Below, one piece after another: positions 8,953 to 18,861 of a DNA stretch of 64,000 nt. The notes beneath the pieces were generated by a model that was not told the origin of the DNA, did no database searches, and saw only the letters and a list, made by a program, of their open reading frames with translations. Source of the DNA: an uncultured bacterium. GTDB lineage: Bacteria > Patescibacteriota > Minisyncoccia > Phycocordibacterales > PALSA-1337. The DNA lies in contig CAWKEA010000005.1 of NCBI GenBank assembly GCA_963848635.1, positions 175,341 to 239,340 of the forward strand. The letters are read 5' to 3'. Within the stretch, counting starts at the first letter, position 1. Every line of letters starts with the position of its first letter. The position numbers and the translations under genes were made by a program.

Positions 8953-9012
8953 ATATTTTGTCATTTTACATTGTAATTTTCCCTTTTGATTTTTAATTTT
9001 TACATTCTTATT

Positions 9013-9645
9013 ATGGATCCCGTCAACAAACTCATCGAGCTCTTCTCCGAATTCCCCGGCATCGGGCCGAGGCAGGCGCGGCGGTTCGCGTATTTCATTT
9101 TGACGCGCAACAACGGCTTTTTGGATGATTTTACAAGGAATATCGCGGCGGCAAAGAAATCGTTGCGGGTTTGCTCGATGTGCCAGCGCTTCTTTACTTC
9201 TGCGGAGGGTAGACCTCCGCAGGCCGCAAAGACATGCCCCATCTGCTCTGACGACACGCGCGACCAGGCCAGCCTCATGATCGTCGCACGCGACAGCGAT
9301 TTCGAAGCGATAGAAAAGAGCGGCGTCTATCATGGCCTTTATTTCATCCTCGGCGGCAGTGTGCCGATCCTCGAAAAAGAGCCGGAAAAGAGAGTGCGAT
9401 TGGCGGAGCTCAAAAAGCGAGTGCAAGGCGTTGGTCAAGATGTCATCTTGACAGAGATCATCCTCTCTATGAGCGTCACGCCTGACGGCGAGCATACGGC
9501 AGAAGTCGTCAAAGCTTTCCTTGAAAAGTCGATCGACGCTGAAAAAGTCAAAATAACTGTCTTGGGCAAAGGCCTTTCGACGGGAACGGAGCTGGAGTAT
9601 TCTGATACGGAGACGCTCAAGAATGCGCTCAAAAATCGGGCTTGA
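9013..9645 (+). CDS. recR: Recombination protein RecR
   Basis: 'FPGIGPRQARRFAYF' HhH, C4 zinc finger 'CSMCQ...CPICSD', Toprim 'MIVARDSDFEAIEKSGVYHGLYFILGG'. Confidence 0.9.
   Translation: MDPVNKLIELFSEFPGIGPRQARRFAYFILTRNNGFLDDFTRNIAAAKKSLRVCSMCQRFFTSAEGRPPQAAKTCPICSDDTRDQASLMIVARDSDFEAIEKSGVYHGLYFILGGSVPILEKEPEKRVRLAELKKRVQGVGQDVILTEIILSMSVTPDGEHTAEVVKAFLEKSIDAEKVKITVLGKGLSTGTELEYSDTETLKNALKNRA
9434..9452. repeat. REP-like palindrome GTCAAGATGTCATCTTGAC inside the recR CDS (encodes GQDVILT)
   Basis: Perfect palindrome in-frame within recR. Confidence 0.8.
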
Positions 9646-9780
9646 CGGATTGTTAAAAAATGATAAACTTTTCTTGGATCCTTAACTGCATGGTTAAGTC
9701 GTTCGTTGCATCGATAGATGGCGAATAAGGAAGTGTACGCATTCTTCTTCTAATGCATAATCGAGAGAAAGGAGTGCTGT

Positions 9781-10161
9781 ATGGCACACCAAAATAAGAT
9801 AATAAAAGCACCGTCAAAATGGGACCTCCACCTGGCCTTCTTTGATTTGATTCCAGAAAGGTCTGCATCGCAGGAAACTCGGCGAACAGCCCGGTTCGAT
9901 GTCAGAGGACCTGATTTTGTTCCCTTTCCAACGGACATTTGGCCCGGTGAAACATACAGAGTCGATCTGGTGATCGATATGCTTGAATGGGAGGACGGGT
10001 CAGGAAATAGCTGGAATTTCAAAGGTCACGTAAAGATGATCAACTTCGTTCATGAAGAATGGAATGTAGTTCAAGGCCGATTTAGCACTACGAATCGTAC
10101 CGGATGGATTGAGTACCTGGAAAAGCCCCTCTCACACCAACTGGCTTCATCAATAAAATAA
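9781..10161 (+). CDS. Hypothetical protein
   Basis: 126 aa. RBS aaaggag 7 nt upstream of the ATG. Followed by an intrinsic terminator. Confidence 0.6.
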   Translation: MAHQNKIIKAPSKWDLHLAFFDLIPERSASQETRRTARFDVRGPDFVPFPTDIWPGETYRVDLVIDMLEWEDGSGNSWNFKGHVKMINFVHEEWNVVQGRFSTTNRTGWIEYLEKPLSHQLASSIK

Positions 10162-10189
10162 CCTATCTTTAGTGGATTTTATCCGACAC

Positions 10190-10216
10190 CAAAACCGCCC
10201 TCCCGGCGGTTTTCCT
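10190..10216 (+). terminator. Rho-independent terminator (ACCGCC-ctccc-GGCGGT + TTTCCTTT)
   Basis: 6-bp GC stem plus T-rich tail immediately after the 9781-10161 CDS. Confidence 0.7.
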
Positions 10217-10226
10217 TTGTTAAATT

Positions 10227-10251
10227 TTGAGGTCGCAAATTGTGACCTCAA
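10227..10251. promoter_or_regulatory. Palindrome TTGAGGTCGCAAATTGTGACCTCAA
   Basis: Near-perfect 12-bp arms. The half-site TTGAGGTCGYAAATTGYGA recurs at 46719-46745. Confidence 0.5.
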
Positions 10252-10515
10252 AAATCATAAAGCGACGCCTCCTGGAGATTTATTTTTTTAGGCCTACATT
10301 TTTTAATCGTAGGATCGTACGATTTTCCAAGACTCATAGCCGTACAATTAACGTTTTGCATGCCAAATCGTAGAATTGTACGGTTTACAAAAGCCTCATT
10401 TAAAAAGATATGCCATAGATACATACCATCAAAAAAGCTGCTTCTAAGCGACTTTTTTATTTGTGTTTTTCCTTTTATACTTTTTATATTTTCAGGCCTA
10501 TTATTTAAAATCCTA

Positions 10516-10875
10516 TTATTTGAAATCCTCTATCTTTATCGAAAAATATGGTTGGCGATGGCCGGCTTTCTTGAAATACTTGCTCTTTTGCTTGTACTTG
10601 ATGACCGTGACTTTTTTGGCACGGGCGATCCGAGCGATAGTGCCGGTGACGCGGGCCTTTTCGATATACGGAGTGCCGATAGTAGTGTCAGAGCCATTGT
10701 CGACGAGCAAAACCTTGTCAAAGACGACTTTGTCGCCCTCCTTATATTCGGCGGTTTTTGCGGCGTCTTTGCCGTCCCCTTTTCCTTTTGGAGCCGCGAG
10801 CTTTTCAATGCGAATGAGGTCGCCTTTTGCAACGGTGTATTGCTTGCCGCCTGTTTCGATGATGGCTATTTCCAT
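10516..10875 (-). CDS. rplU: 50S ribosomal protein L21
   Basis: 'MEIAIIETGGKQYTVAKGDLIRIEKL' is the canonical L21 N-terminus. No rpmA follows. Confidence 0.9.
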   Translation of the reverse strand: MEIAIIETGGKQYTVAKGDLIRIEKLAAPKGKGDGKDAAKTAEYKEGDKVVFDKVLLVDNGSDTTIGTPYIEKARVTGTIARIARAKKVTVIKYKQKSKYFKKAGHRQPYFSIKIEDFK

Positions 10876-10976
10876 AGGGAATTATTCTCGCATATTTGTA
10901 AAAAGAATGCAAATTTTAGCTTCCCTTGTCGGACTCAAAAAACCGAGCGACCAGTTGAAGGCTGGCACGACTGCAT

Positions 10977-11714
10977 TCAAACGCTGAGCGCCATATATTC
11001 CAAAAGCTGTTTTACGGATGCCGCGCGATCGCGGAGATATGATTCGGTTCGCGCGATGGCGGCAAGAGGAGCGGCGTTCTTTTCGATGCCGCTGTCATGC
11101 AAAAGCTTCGAGAGATCCGCGCAGAATTCGAGAGCGGCGCTTTTCGGCTTTTTGCCGTCAGAGATATCCGCGGATAGCTTGTCGGCAAAGGCGACGCGGC
11201 TAGCCAGCGGTGAAGCGAGAAAATCCCGTACGAGATCCGATCTCGTGGCCGATACAAGATCCGATCTTGTAGTCCGCACCATGTAAAGCCTCGAACGCAC
11301 CGTCGGCAGGAGCGATTCATCCGAAGGTATGACGATGAAAAAAAGCGCGTACCCGTTCGGCTCCTCGAGCATCTTTAAAAGAGCGTTTTGCGCTTCGTGC
11401 GTGATCGAACGGATCACGATGACAAAAAATCTCCGAGCGACATCGCCGCCCCGCGAAGAGAACGGCCGCGTGGCGTGCATATCCTTTAGCTCGCGGGCAT
11501 CGTCGATGGTCAGAATTTCATACGTACGGACGAAGACGTCGGGATTGCCTTGAATTGAGACGCCCTGCTTTTCCTTTAAAAAAGAAAGTATCTCTAGTTG
11601 CGCGTCTTCAGCGCCGACGATGCAGTAGGCATGATGAGAAAGATTTCCGAGCGATTGCGATAGTTCCATGCCAGCTATTGTATCAAATAGTCCCGGCAAA
11701 ATCTGTCTCTTCAA
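10977..11714 (-). CDS. holB: DNA polymerase III delta' subunit-like protein
   Basis: 'THEAQNALLKMLEEPNGYALFFIV' matches the delta'/clamp-loader box. Contains an in-frame tandem 'TRSDLVSATRSDLV' encoded by the AGATCCGATCT repeat. Confidence 0.7.
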   Translation of the reverse strand: MKRQILPGLFDTIAGMELSQSLGNLSHHAYCIVGAEDAQLEILSFLKEKQGVSIQGNPDVFVRTYEILTIDDARELKDMHATRPFSSRGGDVARRFFVIVIRSITHEAQNALLKMLEEPNGYALFFIVIPSDESLLPTVRSRLYMVRTTRSDLVSATRSDLVRDFLASPLASRVAFADKLSADISDGKKPKSAALEFCADLSKLLHDSGIEKNAAPLAAIARTESYLRDRAASVKQLLEYMALSV

Positions 11715-11868
11715 GATTCTCCGATGATTTGTCGTCGTTGATTCACGATGAATGATGGGCTGAACTCACGTGGCTCGCCCTTGGATATGGCATAGACACC
11801 AGTAATTTCAAGTGGTATAACTACAACAGTTAGCCCTTTAAAGAACTTTCAACAAAAGGAGATTCCAA

Positions 11869-13434
11869 ATGAAGATACAAATGAAACGGACGGGAAACGA
11901 CAGTTGGCCGCTCGTGCGGTTCATAGTGCCCGCATATCCCGAAGTGAACATATTCTCCGGCAGTAGGATCACTCCGCTCGGCATCATAAACGTAGCCTCG
12001 TCCGCCAGCACGCTGTGGGGATGGAGGGTGGAGATCATCGACGAGAACAACTACAGGGGTCCGCGGGACGAGAACGGCCTGCCCGACCATAGGAGATTGC
12101 AGGATGAGAACCCCGCTTCAGTCATCGGCTTTTATTGCGGGCTCTCTTCTACTATGGACCGCGTATTCGAACTGTCGAGATTCTACTCGGATCAAGGCAC
12201 CGTGAATATGGGCGGCGGCTGGCATGCCCACTACTGCCCCGCCGAGGTCCTCGAGCATGACTTCGACATCGTCATCCATGGAGACGGCGAGCTTGTCACG
12301 AGAGACATCCTGCAGGCGCTCATGAATGACAGCGATGTGACGGGCCTCGCCGGGATATCGTTCTCGCAGGACGGCGTCAAAAAGACGAACCCACCGCACG
12401 CGCTCGAGCTCGAAGACCTGAGCAGTCTGCCGTATCCGAACTTCGGCCTTATACGATATGCGAGAAAGATAAAGACATATCCGATCGGCAGGACTCGCGG
12501 TTGCTCAAAGCATTGCGAGTTCTGTAGCGTCAAGGGAGCGCCGCGGTCCGCCGATCCGCGCTCCACATTCGGCGTCGTGCAATGGCTCGTCGAGAAGAGG
12601 AATGCCAAGCATTTCTTCATCGTCGACGATAGGTTGGATGGCGACCGCCAAGGTCTTCTGGAGCTCCTCGGCCTCATCAGTGAAAAGTACGGCGATCGCC
12701 TTCATTTCACTGTTCAGATCAGATTGGAAGCCGCCAAGGACGCAGAGCTCCTCCTCGCCATGCAGAAAGCGGGCATAAGGACCGTCTGTATCGGCTATGA
12801 GTCGCCGATAGCTGAAGACCTGAAGTCGATGCATAAAGGCCTGTCGCCCAAGGACATGATCGAATGGACGCTCGTCATGCGAAAGTATTTTTGGGTCCAC
12901 GGCATGTTCATATTCGGATATCCGAACATCGAACCGTCGAAGATATCCGTCGCTGAAGCGGTGAAGCGGTACGAGCAATTCATCCGAAAAGCCGGCATCA
13001 GCAGTATCCAGGTCCTTCACCCGGTGCCGCTCGTCGGAACAGAGCTCCGCGCGCGGCTTGAAAGCGAGGGCCGTCTGTTCCCTCTCGGCGTCGTGCCGTG
13101 GAGGATGTATGACGGCAGTTACGCTTGTTTCCTGCCGGGCAACATGACCATCGCGGAGCTTCAAAACGCTCCGATCGAGATCATGAGATGGTTCTACAAC
13201 CCGTGGAGCTTCTGGCGGATACCTTTGAGAACGCTGGTTTTCCCGATCCATTATCTCGTCGCTGGCTGGAAGCATTGGCATTACGCATGGTTACGCGATC
13301 TGGTGAGGTATGGCGGACATCGTATCCTGCTCAAATGGTTCAGCAACCCCGCAAGCAGGAATTTCGCCGCCACATTGGAAAAGCACGCCAAAGCGCGTAG
13401 GCCTTTCAGCCGAAAAGCCGTTCCTCAAGCATAG
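11869..13434 (+). CDS. B12-binding domain radical SAM protein
   Basis: CxxxCxxC 'GCSKHCEFC' about 180 aa after an N-terminal Rossmann-like B12-binding region. 521 aa. Confidence 0.8.
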   Translation: MKIQMKRTGNDSWPLVRFIVPAYPEVNIFSGSRITPLGIINVASSASTLWGWRVEIIDENNYRGPRDENGLPDHRRLQDENPASVIGFYCGLSSTMDRVFELSRFYSDQGTVNMGGGWHAHYCPAEVLEHDFDIVIHGDGELVTRDILQALMNDSDVTGLAGISFSQDGVKKTNPPHALELEDLSSLPYPNFGLIRYARKIKTYPIGRTRGCSKHCEFCSVKGAPRSADPRSTFGVVQWLVEKRNAKHFFIVDDRLDGDRQGLLELLGLISEKYGDRLHFTVQIRLEAAKDAELLLAMQKAGIRTVCIGYESPIAEDLKSMHKGLSPKDMIEWTLVMRKYFWVHGMFIFGYPNIEPSKISVAEAVKRYEQFIRKAGISSIQVLHPVPLVGTELRARLESEGRLFPLGVVPWRMYDGSYACFLPGNMTIAELQNAPIEIMRWFYNPWSFWRIPLRTLVFPIHYLVAGWKHWHYAWLRDLVRYGGHRILLKWFSNPASRNFAATLEKHAKARRPFSRKAVPQA

Positions 13435-13577
13435 ATCACGGCCGCACAGAAACGGCCTATCCGAAATCAGGATCTTTATGATTCATCACACCCCGCAGGC
13501 TTTTGTCTGGCGGGGTTTTTATTTTATATCTGCCTTATCTGCACCAATAGTATGATTGGGACATTGTTTTCGAAACG

Positions 13578-14333
13578 CTATTTCTTCGCGTCGCCTTTTA
13601 TCGTGGCGATCGCTTCCTGCACCGTCGTCATGAATTGCGCCGGGAAGATGATGGTGGAATTCTTTTCCGTGGCGATCTCTGACATTGTCTGGAGCGTGCG
13701 CAATTGAAGGGCGACCGGGTGCTGGGAGATGATGTCAGCCGCTTCGCCGAGCTTGACCGATGCCTGGAACTCGCCTTCCGCGGCGACGATCTTGGCTCTG
13801 CGCTCGCGCTCTGCTTCGGCTTCTTTTGCCATCGCTCTCTGCATGTTATCCGGCAAAGTGATGTCTTTGATCTCGACGGCTGTCACTTGGGCGCCCCATG
13901 GCTCGGTGTGCGTGTCGATGACGTCCTTGATCTGCACGTTGATGTCGCCCGTCTGCGACAGGAGCTGGTCGAGCATGAATTTGCCGACGACGTTTCGGAC
14001 GGTGGTCTGGCTGATCTGATTGACCGCGTCATGGACGTTCTCGATGGCTATGACGGATTTTTTCGGATCGACGATGTGATAATAGGCAACGGCCGCGATG
14101 TCGATGGAGACGTTATCCTTTGTGATTATCTTTTGCGACGGGATGTTCATGGTGATCGTGCGCAGAGTGACCTTTGTCATGCGTTCAAAGACAGGTATAA
14201 GGATGATGAGGCCGGGACCTCTGACGCCCGTGCATTTGCCGAGAAAAAATATGACGCCGCGATCGTACTCTTTGACTACTTTTAGCGATAATGCGAGCAG
14301 GATGACGACGATTATGATTATTGTGTATAGCAT
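13578..14333 (-). CDS. SPFH/Band-7 (stomatin-like) membrane protein
   Basis: N-terminal TM helix. '[27 protein letters not shown]' is the SPFH C-terminal coiled coil. Confidence 0.85.
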   Translation of the reverse strand: MLYTIIIIVVILLALSLKVVKEYDRGVIFFLGKCTGVRGPGLIILIPVFERMTKVTLRTITMNIPSQKIITKDNVSIDIAAVAYYHIVDPKKSVIAIENVHDAVNQISQTTVRNVVGKFMLDQLLSQTGDINVQIKDVIDTHTEPWGAQVTAVEIKDITLPDNMQRAMAKEAEAERERRAKIVAAEGEFQASVKLGEAADIISQHPVALQLRTLQTMSEIATEKNSTIIFPAQFMTTVQEAIATIKGDAKK

Positions 14334-14437
14334 GAATGTAGTATAGCGCGATTTTCTTGAACTAGTAAGGATTTCTTACTAGTTGGATTTTACTTTGAAC
14401 TATTAAGCAATCTTTAATGGTTGGGGTTGGCACAGCT

Positions 14438-14953
14438 TTATTGACGGCTTTTTGGCTCCATATCCTTTGTAAGTTTGAAGACGAGCTTGCCCTTCAATTT
14501 GCCCTGATATTTTGGAGACGACATGAGAGCCAGTGTCTCGTCGAGCCCTTCCACAGCTTCAGGTGATCTCTCTAGCTTGTAATGATTGAGAGCATAGCCC
14601 TGCTTTAAATACTCCTTCAAGACACCTGTCGCCCATATGCGGAATTGAGTGGCTTTTTTGGAATTAACCCGATAACCGACAGCGATAATGGCGTCGAGGT
14701 TATAAAACTTCGTATCTCGTTTTACCTTGCGACCGCTTTCGTTTTGAACTATTCGGAATTTCCGAATAGTTGAGATTTCATCTAACTCATCTGTCATGAA
14801 TATATTTTTCAAATGTTCATTGACTGTTGGAACGCTTATTTCAAACAAGTCGCTGATCTGTGCTTGCGTTGCCCAAATGGTGTCCTTTTCGATATCCGCC
14901 CGCAATTCGACGTTACCATCCTTGTCCTCAAAAATGACGATGTTGTTTTTCAT
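14438..14953 (-). CDS. RhuM-family protein
   Basis: 'KFRIVQNESGRKVKRDTKFYNLDAIIAVGYRVNSKKATQFRIWATGVLKEY' matches RhuM (PF13310). AT-rich island. Confidence 0.75.
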   Translation of the reverse strand: MKNNIVIFEDKDGNVELRADIEKDTIWATQAQISDLFEISVPTVNEHLKNIFMTDELDEISTIRKFRIVQNESGRKVKRDTKFYNLDAIIAVGYRVNSKKATQFRIWATGVLKEYLKQGYALNHYKLERSPEAVEGLDETLALMSSPKYQGKLKGKLVFKLTKDMEPKSRQ

Positions 14954-15295
14954 AGTTATGAAAATAATTAATTAGTAAAAAATCACCGGCTGATTTTGCC
15001 AGACACAAGCGACATCAGTAGAGAAAAAGTGGATGTCGAAATCAAACTACGCTGCGAGGATAAATAAACGAGATGATAGCGTGGGGATAGTATAGCAGAA
15101 ATCTGGGAGAAATACAGAAACCGCAACATTTCTGCTGCGGTTTCGCGTTCTGCCACCGAAGCGACAGAAAGTATGTATGTATAATAGCGCGCTGTGAGCA
15201 AATGTCAAGGGAAGTTTTGGGATATTGGAAGTGCAATCAGTCTAGGCTGCCTCAGGCTTTTGCCAAGCGGGGTTTTTGATTTTGGTCTTATATAA

Positions 15296-15610
15296 TTAAT
15301 TGCCCTTACTCATTTTAGAATTAGTAAAAATCAGCCAGATTATCATAATAATATTGATTACAGGAATGAAAAGTAAAAAGGCTGCAAGTTTTTCTCTACC
15401 TAATGTATCCAAACGGTTTCGAACTATTAAATACAACCAAATAACTGCACATAAAATCACGATGCTAAAAACGCTACTGAACAGCACAATACTACCAAAT
15501 GGGATTAGGCAGTAAGATACTAAATACAAGACAATTGGTGTCCCCACCAAAAGACCAAGCAGGGTTAGGACATATTTCTTTCCACTAATAGGTGGTTTTA
15601 TAAAATTCAT
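15296..15610 (-). CDS. Hypothetical small membrane protein
   Basis: 104 aa, three TM helices, AT-rich. Confidence 0.45.
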   Translation of the reverse strand: MNFIKPPISGKKYVLTLLGLLVGTPIVLYLVSYCLIPFGSIVLFSSVFSIVILCAVIWLYLIVRNRLDTLGREKLAAFLLFIPVINIIMIIWLIFTNSKMSKGN

Positions 15611-15724
15611 TTATTTTTTCTTGTGACTTATATAGTATAACTCTATTTGCTTTTTACACCAGTCTTAGCTCTTTTATGTAATACCAAAGCGAATAATGCA
15701 CCCATGCAAAGCTAAATTCATTTC

Positions 15725-16408
15725 TCAAATTATTTCTGGTAATGGCAATGAAAGCACTCCAAGATTTGTCAGATCTGTACCAGATCCACGCTTTAAAAAA
15801 GTTGCGAGCTCCTTCTGGTTTATGTTCTTCTGTATAACTGAATGAAGGTTAAACGATAATCTCCATTTTAATGGATAGATTTGAACAAGTTCATAATCGT
15901 CTTCATATGAGGAAGCTGACAAAATAAATATATTAGCAAAAGGGATTGATATCTTATTTATTGAATCGAAAATTGCATCATAGTCTAATAAATATCCGCC
16001 CTTGCGTGCATATATTAGTAGCTGAAAATAATCAGGATAAGATTTAAATGATTTTTGTTTGATAATATCTTCAATTGTTTTTGAATGTTCTTCAAAGTCA
16101 GTGATCTCAATATTATAAACACCTCGATGATAATTACCGTTGATAATATCAATTTTATAACCATAAATATCTGGGGTCGCCTCTTCGACAACTATTTCCA
16201 GCCAATATTGTGATGGTTGGATTTCGTTGAGACCTAACAAAAAAACTCCAGCAACCCAAGCTTCTCTCTCATGTTTAGTACCATTTGCTAAAATACGCTT
16301 GAGATCGTTCCCACATCTTTCCAATAAAATATCCAGTCTCTTGATTGCAATGGATGGGCTCATCCAAATACCCTTGTAATTTTTTACGTTATATTTTTCA
16401 AAATTCAT
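15725..16408 (-). CDS. Hypothetical protein (AT-rich; start codon overlaps the uvrB stop in ATGA)
   Basis: 227 aa with no recognisable motif. 4-nt overlap with uvrB suggests translational coupling despite foreign composition. Confidence 0.5.
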   Translation of the reverse strand: MNFEKYNVKNYKGIWMSPSIAIKRLDILLERCGNDLKRILANGTKHEREAWVAGVFLLGLNEIQPSQYWLEIVVEEATPDIYGYKIDIINGNYHRGVYNIEITDFEEHSKTIEDIIKQKSFKSYPDYFQLLIYARKGGYLLDYDAIFDSINKISIPFANIFILSASSYEDDYELVQIYPLKWRLSFNLHSVIQKNINQKELATFLKRGSGTDLTNLGVLSLPLPEII

Positions 16409-18738
16409 CTTTTTGCTCTTCTTTTCCCCCTCTTCTCCGGCGCCACGAGATTGAACTTCTTTCTCAAAACCAATATCTCATCGCGTAGAATAGCGGCAGT
16501 CTCGAAATCGAGCTCTTTGACAGCATCGGCCATCTGCTCTTCTTTCTCGCGGACAAGGCCTTTTGGATCGGTTCGCATACGTTCGGAATCGATGACAACA
16601 AGATCGCCGACGGCTTGGTCATGGTCACTCCTCATCTGGTCGGTGATGTCGTGGATGGCTTTCTTGATAGTGATCGGGGTGATGCCATGCGCGGTGTTGT
16701 AGGCGACCTGAATGGCGCGGCGGCGGTTGGTTTCGTTGATGGCGTATTGCATCGAGCCGGTCATGTTGTCGGCGTACAGGATGACGCGGCCGGCGGCGTT
16801 GCGAGCGGCGCGGCCGATCGTCTGGATAAGGGCCGTCTCAGAGCGCAGGAAGCCTTCCTTGTCTGCATCGAGGATGCCGATGAGGGACACCTCGGGCAGG
16901 TCGAGGCCCTCGCGCAAGAGGTTAACGCCGACGAGGATGTCATACGTGCCTTTGCGGAATTCGGTCAAAATATTGATGCGCTCGATCGTCTTGATGTCGC
17001 TGTGGAGATAGGCCGCCTTTATCTTCTTTTCCTTTAAAAATTCGCTCAGATCCTCGGCCATTTTTTTGGTCAAAGTAGTGGCAAGGACGCGGTCGCCTTT
17101 CGCGATCACTTTTTCCGATTCGTCTATAAAGTCGAAAATCTGGCCTTTGTAGGCGGAATTTTTACTGCGCTCATCGGCAGAAATTTCTCGCAACTCGCTA
17201 CCTGTACCTGTCGCTTTCGACGACTTTGAAAAGTCGGCAAGATTCTTGTCATCTTTTTGAGTCGACGGTAAAGACATACCCCCCGCTTGTTCAGAAAGAT
17301 CATTTTGTCGCGACGATTCGCCTCCCCTACCTTTTACTTTTGACGACTTTGAAAAGTCGGCAAGATTCTTGTCATCTTTTGCAGGCATGCCTGAGGACAT
17401 AGCCGCCCCTTGTATAGCTGTCCCTTGCATAGCAACTCCTTGCAAAATCGGTCTGACTTCAACTTCTGGGTCAATAAGGCCGGTCGGACGTATGACTTGT
17501 TCCACGATCTGCTCGCTGACTTCCCTCTCGTAGTCGCTCGGCGTCGCGGACGTAAAGACGACAGGACCGACGCGTTCCTGAAACTCTTCGAACGAGAGCG
17601 GGCGATTGTCGCGGGCGGAGGGCAAGCGGAAACCGTAGTCGACGAGCGTCTGCTTGCGGCTGGCGTCACCCGCACGCATGCCGCGGATCTGTGGCACTGT
17701 CACGTGCGATTCGTCGATGATAGTAAGAAAATCAGGCTTGCCGTCTTTGGTTTTTGGAAAATATGATAGAAGTGAATCCGGCGGTTCACCCGGCTGTTTG
17801 CCAGAGAAATGGCGCGAGTAATTTTCGATGCCGTTGCAGTAGCCGACCTCCTTGATCATGGCAAGGTCATAGCGGACGCGGCGCTTGAGGCGCTCGGCTT
17901 CCAAAACTTTTCCTGCTTTTTCAAGCTCGGCCAAACGGTCTTTGAGCTCGGCTTGTATAGTGCCAAATGCGCGCTTTGCATCGTCGTCGCTCGTGACAAA
18001 ATGCTTTGCAGGAAATATAAAAATGCTCCGTGGCTCGCCGCGCAGGGTGCGATTGACCGGGTCGATCTCCATGATGCTCGCGATGGTCGAACCGGAATAT
18101 TCGATGCGATAGAGCGTCTTGTCGCTGACCGGCATGATCTCGACCGTGTTGCCGACAGCGCGGAAAAAACCCGGTTTGAGGTCAGCGCTTGTCCTGGTGA
18201 AATGAATGTCAATGAGCTTTCTTATCAGTTCAAGTCGGGACAGTTCCATTCCCCGTTCCAGCTTTACATTGACCTTCATATATTCTTCAGGACTGCCCAA
18301 ACCATAGATACAAGAAACCGATGCGACGATGATGACATCGCGGCGCGTGAGGAGAGCCTGCGTCGATGCGTGGCGCAAACGATCGATCTCCTCGTTTATC
18401 ATCGCTTCCTTTTCAATATACGTATCCGTCGCGGGCATGTATGCTTCAGGCTGATAAAAATCATAGTACGAGACGAAATAGTGCACAGCGTTATCAGGAA
18501 AGAATTCCTTGTACTCCTGCGCGAGCTGGGCGGCGAGCGTCTTGTTATGCGCGATGACGAGCGTCGGCTTGTCGAAATTCTGAATGATATTTGCCGCTGT
18601 GAATGTCTTGCCAGAACCTGTTACGCCGAGCAGGGTCTCGTGCCGCATGCCCTTTTTAAGGCCTTCGGTGAGGTCTTTTATAGCCTTTGGCTGGTCGCCG
18701 GCCGGCTTCCAGTCTGAACGGAGGTTGAAAGTTGACAT
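16405..18738 (-). CDS. uvrB: Excinuclease ABC subunit B with ~100-aa in-frame low-complexity insertion
   Basis: 'GVTGSGKTFT' Walker A and the UvrB helicase motifs. The insertion 'KDDKNLADFSKSSK' x2 sits where E. coli has 'EVRPVATQVDDLL'. Start taken at the ATG giving MSTFNLRSDW. Confidence 0.9.
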   Translation of the reverse strand: MSTFNLRSDWKPAGDQPKAIKDLTEGLKKGMRHETLLGVTGSGKTFTAANIIQNFDKPTLVIAHNKTLAAQLAQEYKEFFPDNAVHYFVSYYDFYQPEAYMPATDTYIEKEAMINEEIDRLRHASTQALLTRRDVIIVASVSCIYGLGSPEEYMKVNVKLERGMELSRLELIRKLIDIHFTRTSADLKPGFFRAVGNTVEIMPVSDKTLYRIEYSGSTIASIMEIDPVNRTLRGEPRSIFIFPAKHFVTSDDDAKRAFGTIQAELKDRLAELEKAGKVLEAERLKRRVRYDLAMIKEVGYCNGIENYSRHFSGKQPGEPPDSLLSYFPKTKDGKPDFLTIIDESHVTVPQIRGMRAGDASRKQTLVDYGFRLPSARDNRPLSFEEFQERVGPVVFTSATPSDYEREVSEQIVEQVIRPTGLIDPEVEVRPILQGVAMQGTAIQGAAMSSGMPAKDDKNLADFSKSSKVKGRGGESSRQNDLSEQAGGMSLPSTQKDDKNLADFSKSSKATGTGSELREISADERSKNSAYKGQIFDFIDESEKVIAKGDRVLATTLTKKMAEDLSEFLKEKKIKAAYLHSDIKTIERINILTEFRKGTYDILVGVNLLREGLDLPEVSLIGILDADKEGFLRSETALIQTIGRAARNAAGRVILYADNMTGSMQYAINETNRRRAIQVAYNTAHGITPITIKKAIHDITDQMRSDHDQAVGDLVVIDSERMRTDPKGLVREKEEQMADAVKELDFETAAILRDEILVLRKKFNLVAPEKRGKRRAKR

Positions 18739-18795
18739 AAAGGATACTATAGCGCATCGCGCATGATGGGGCAATGAAAAAAGATTTTAATCTTT

Positions 18796-18837
18796 CTTTA
18801 GAATTATTTTAACTTTTCTTAATAACTTTTTGATATG
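18796..18837 (+). promoter_or_regulatory. Conserved promoter module, copy 3, upstream of dprA
   Basis: ctttagaattattttaacttttcttaataactttttgaTATGGT. Confidence 0.55.
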
Positions 18838-18861
18838 GTTGTGAGGTTTGATAAAAAACTT

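Larger units (their letters stand above)
8196..9007. mobile_element. AT-rich ~0.8-kb cassette bounded by ~35-bp terminal inverted repeats, inserted between dnaB and recR
   Basis: Left end AATGTAAAATTAAAAAATCAAAAGGTAAAATGACA (8196-8230). The reverse complement of 8958-9007 reads AATGTAAAAATTAAAAATCAAAAGGGAAAATTACAATGTAAAATGACA. No transposase inside. Confidence 0.55.

Noticed and set aside
10360-11286. 308-aa plus-strand ORF
   Set aside because: It runs antisense across rplU and holB, both with strong homology on the minus strand, and has low-complexity hydrophobic and Arg-rich translation. Spurious.
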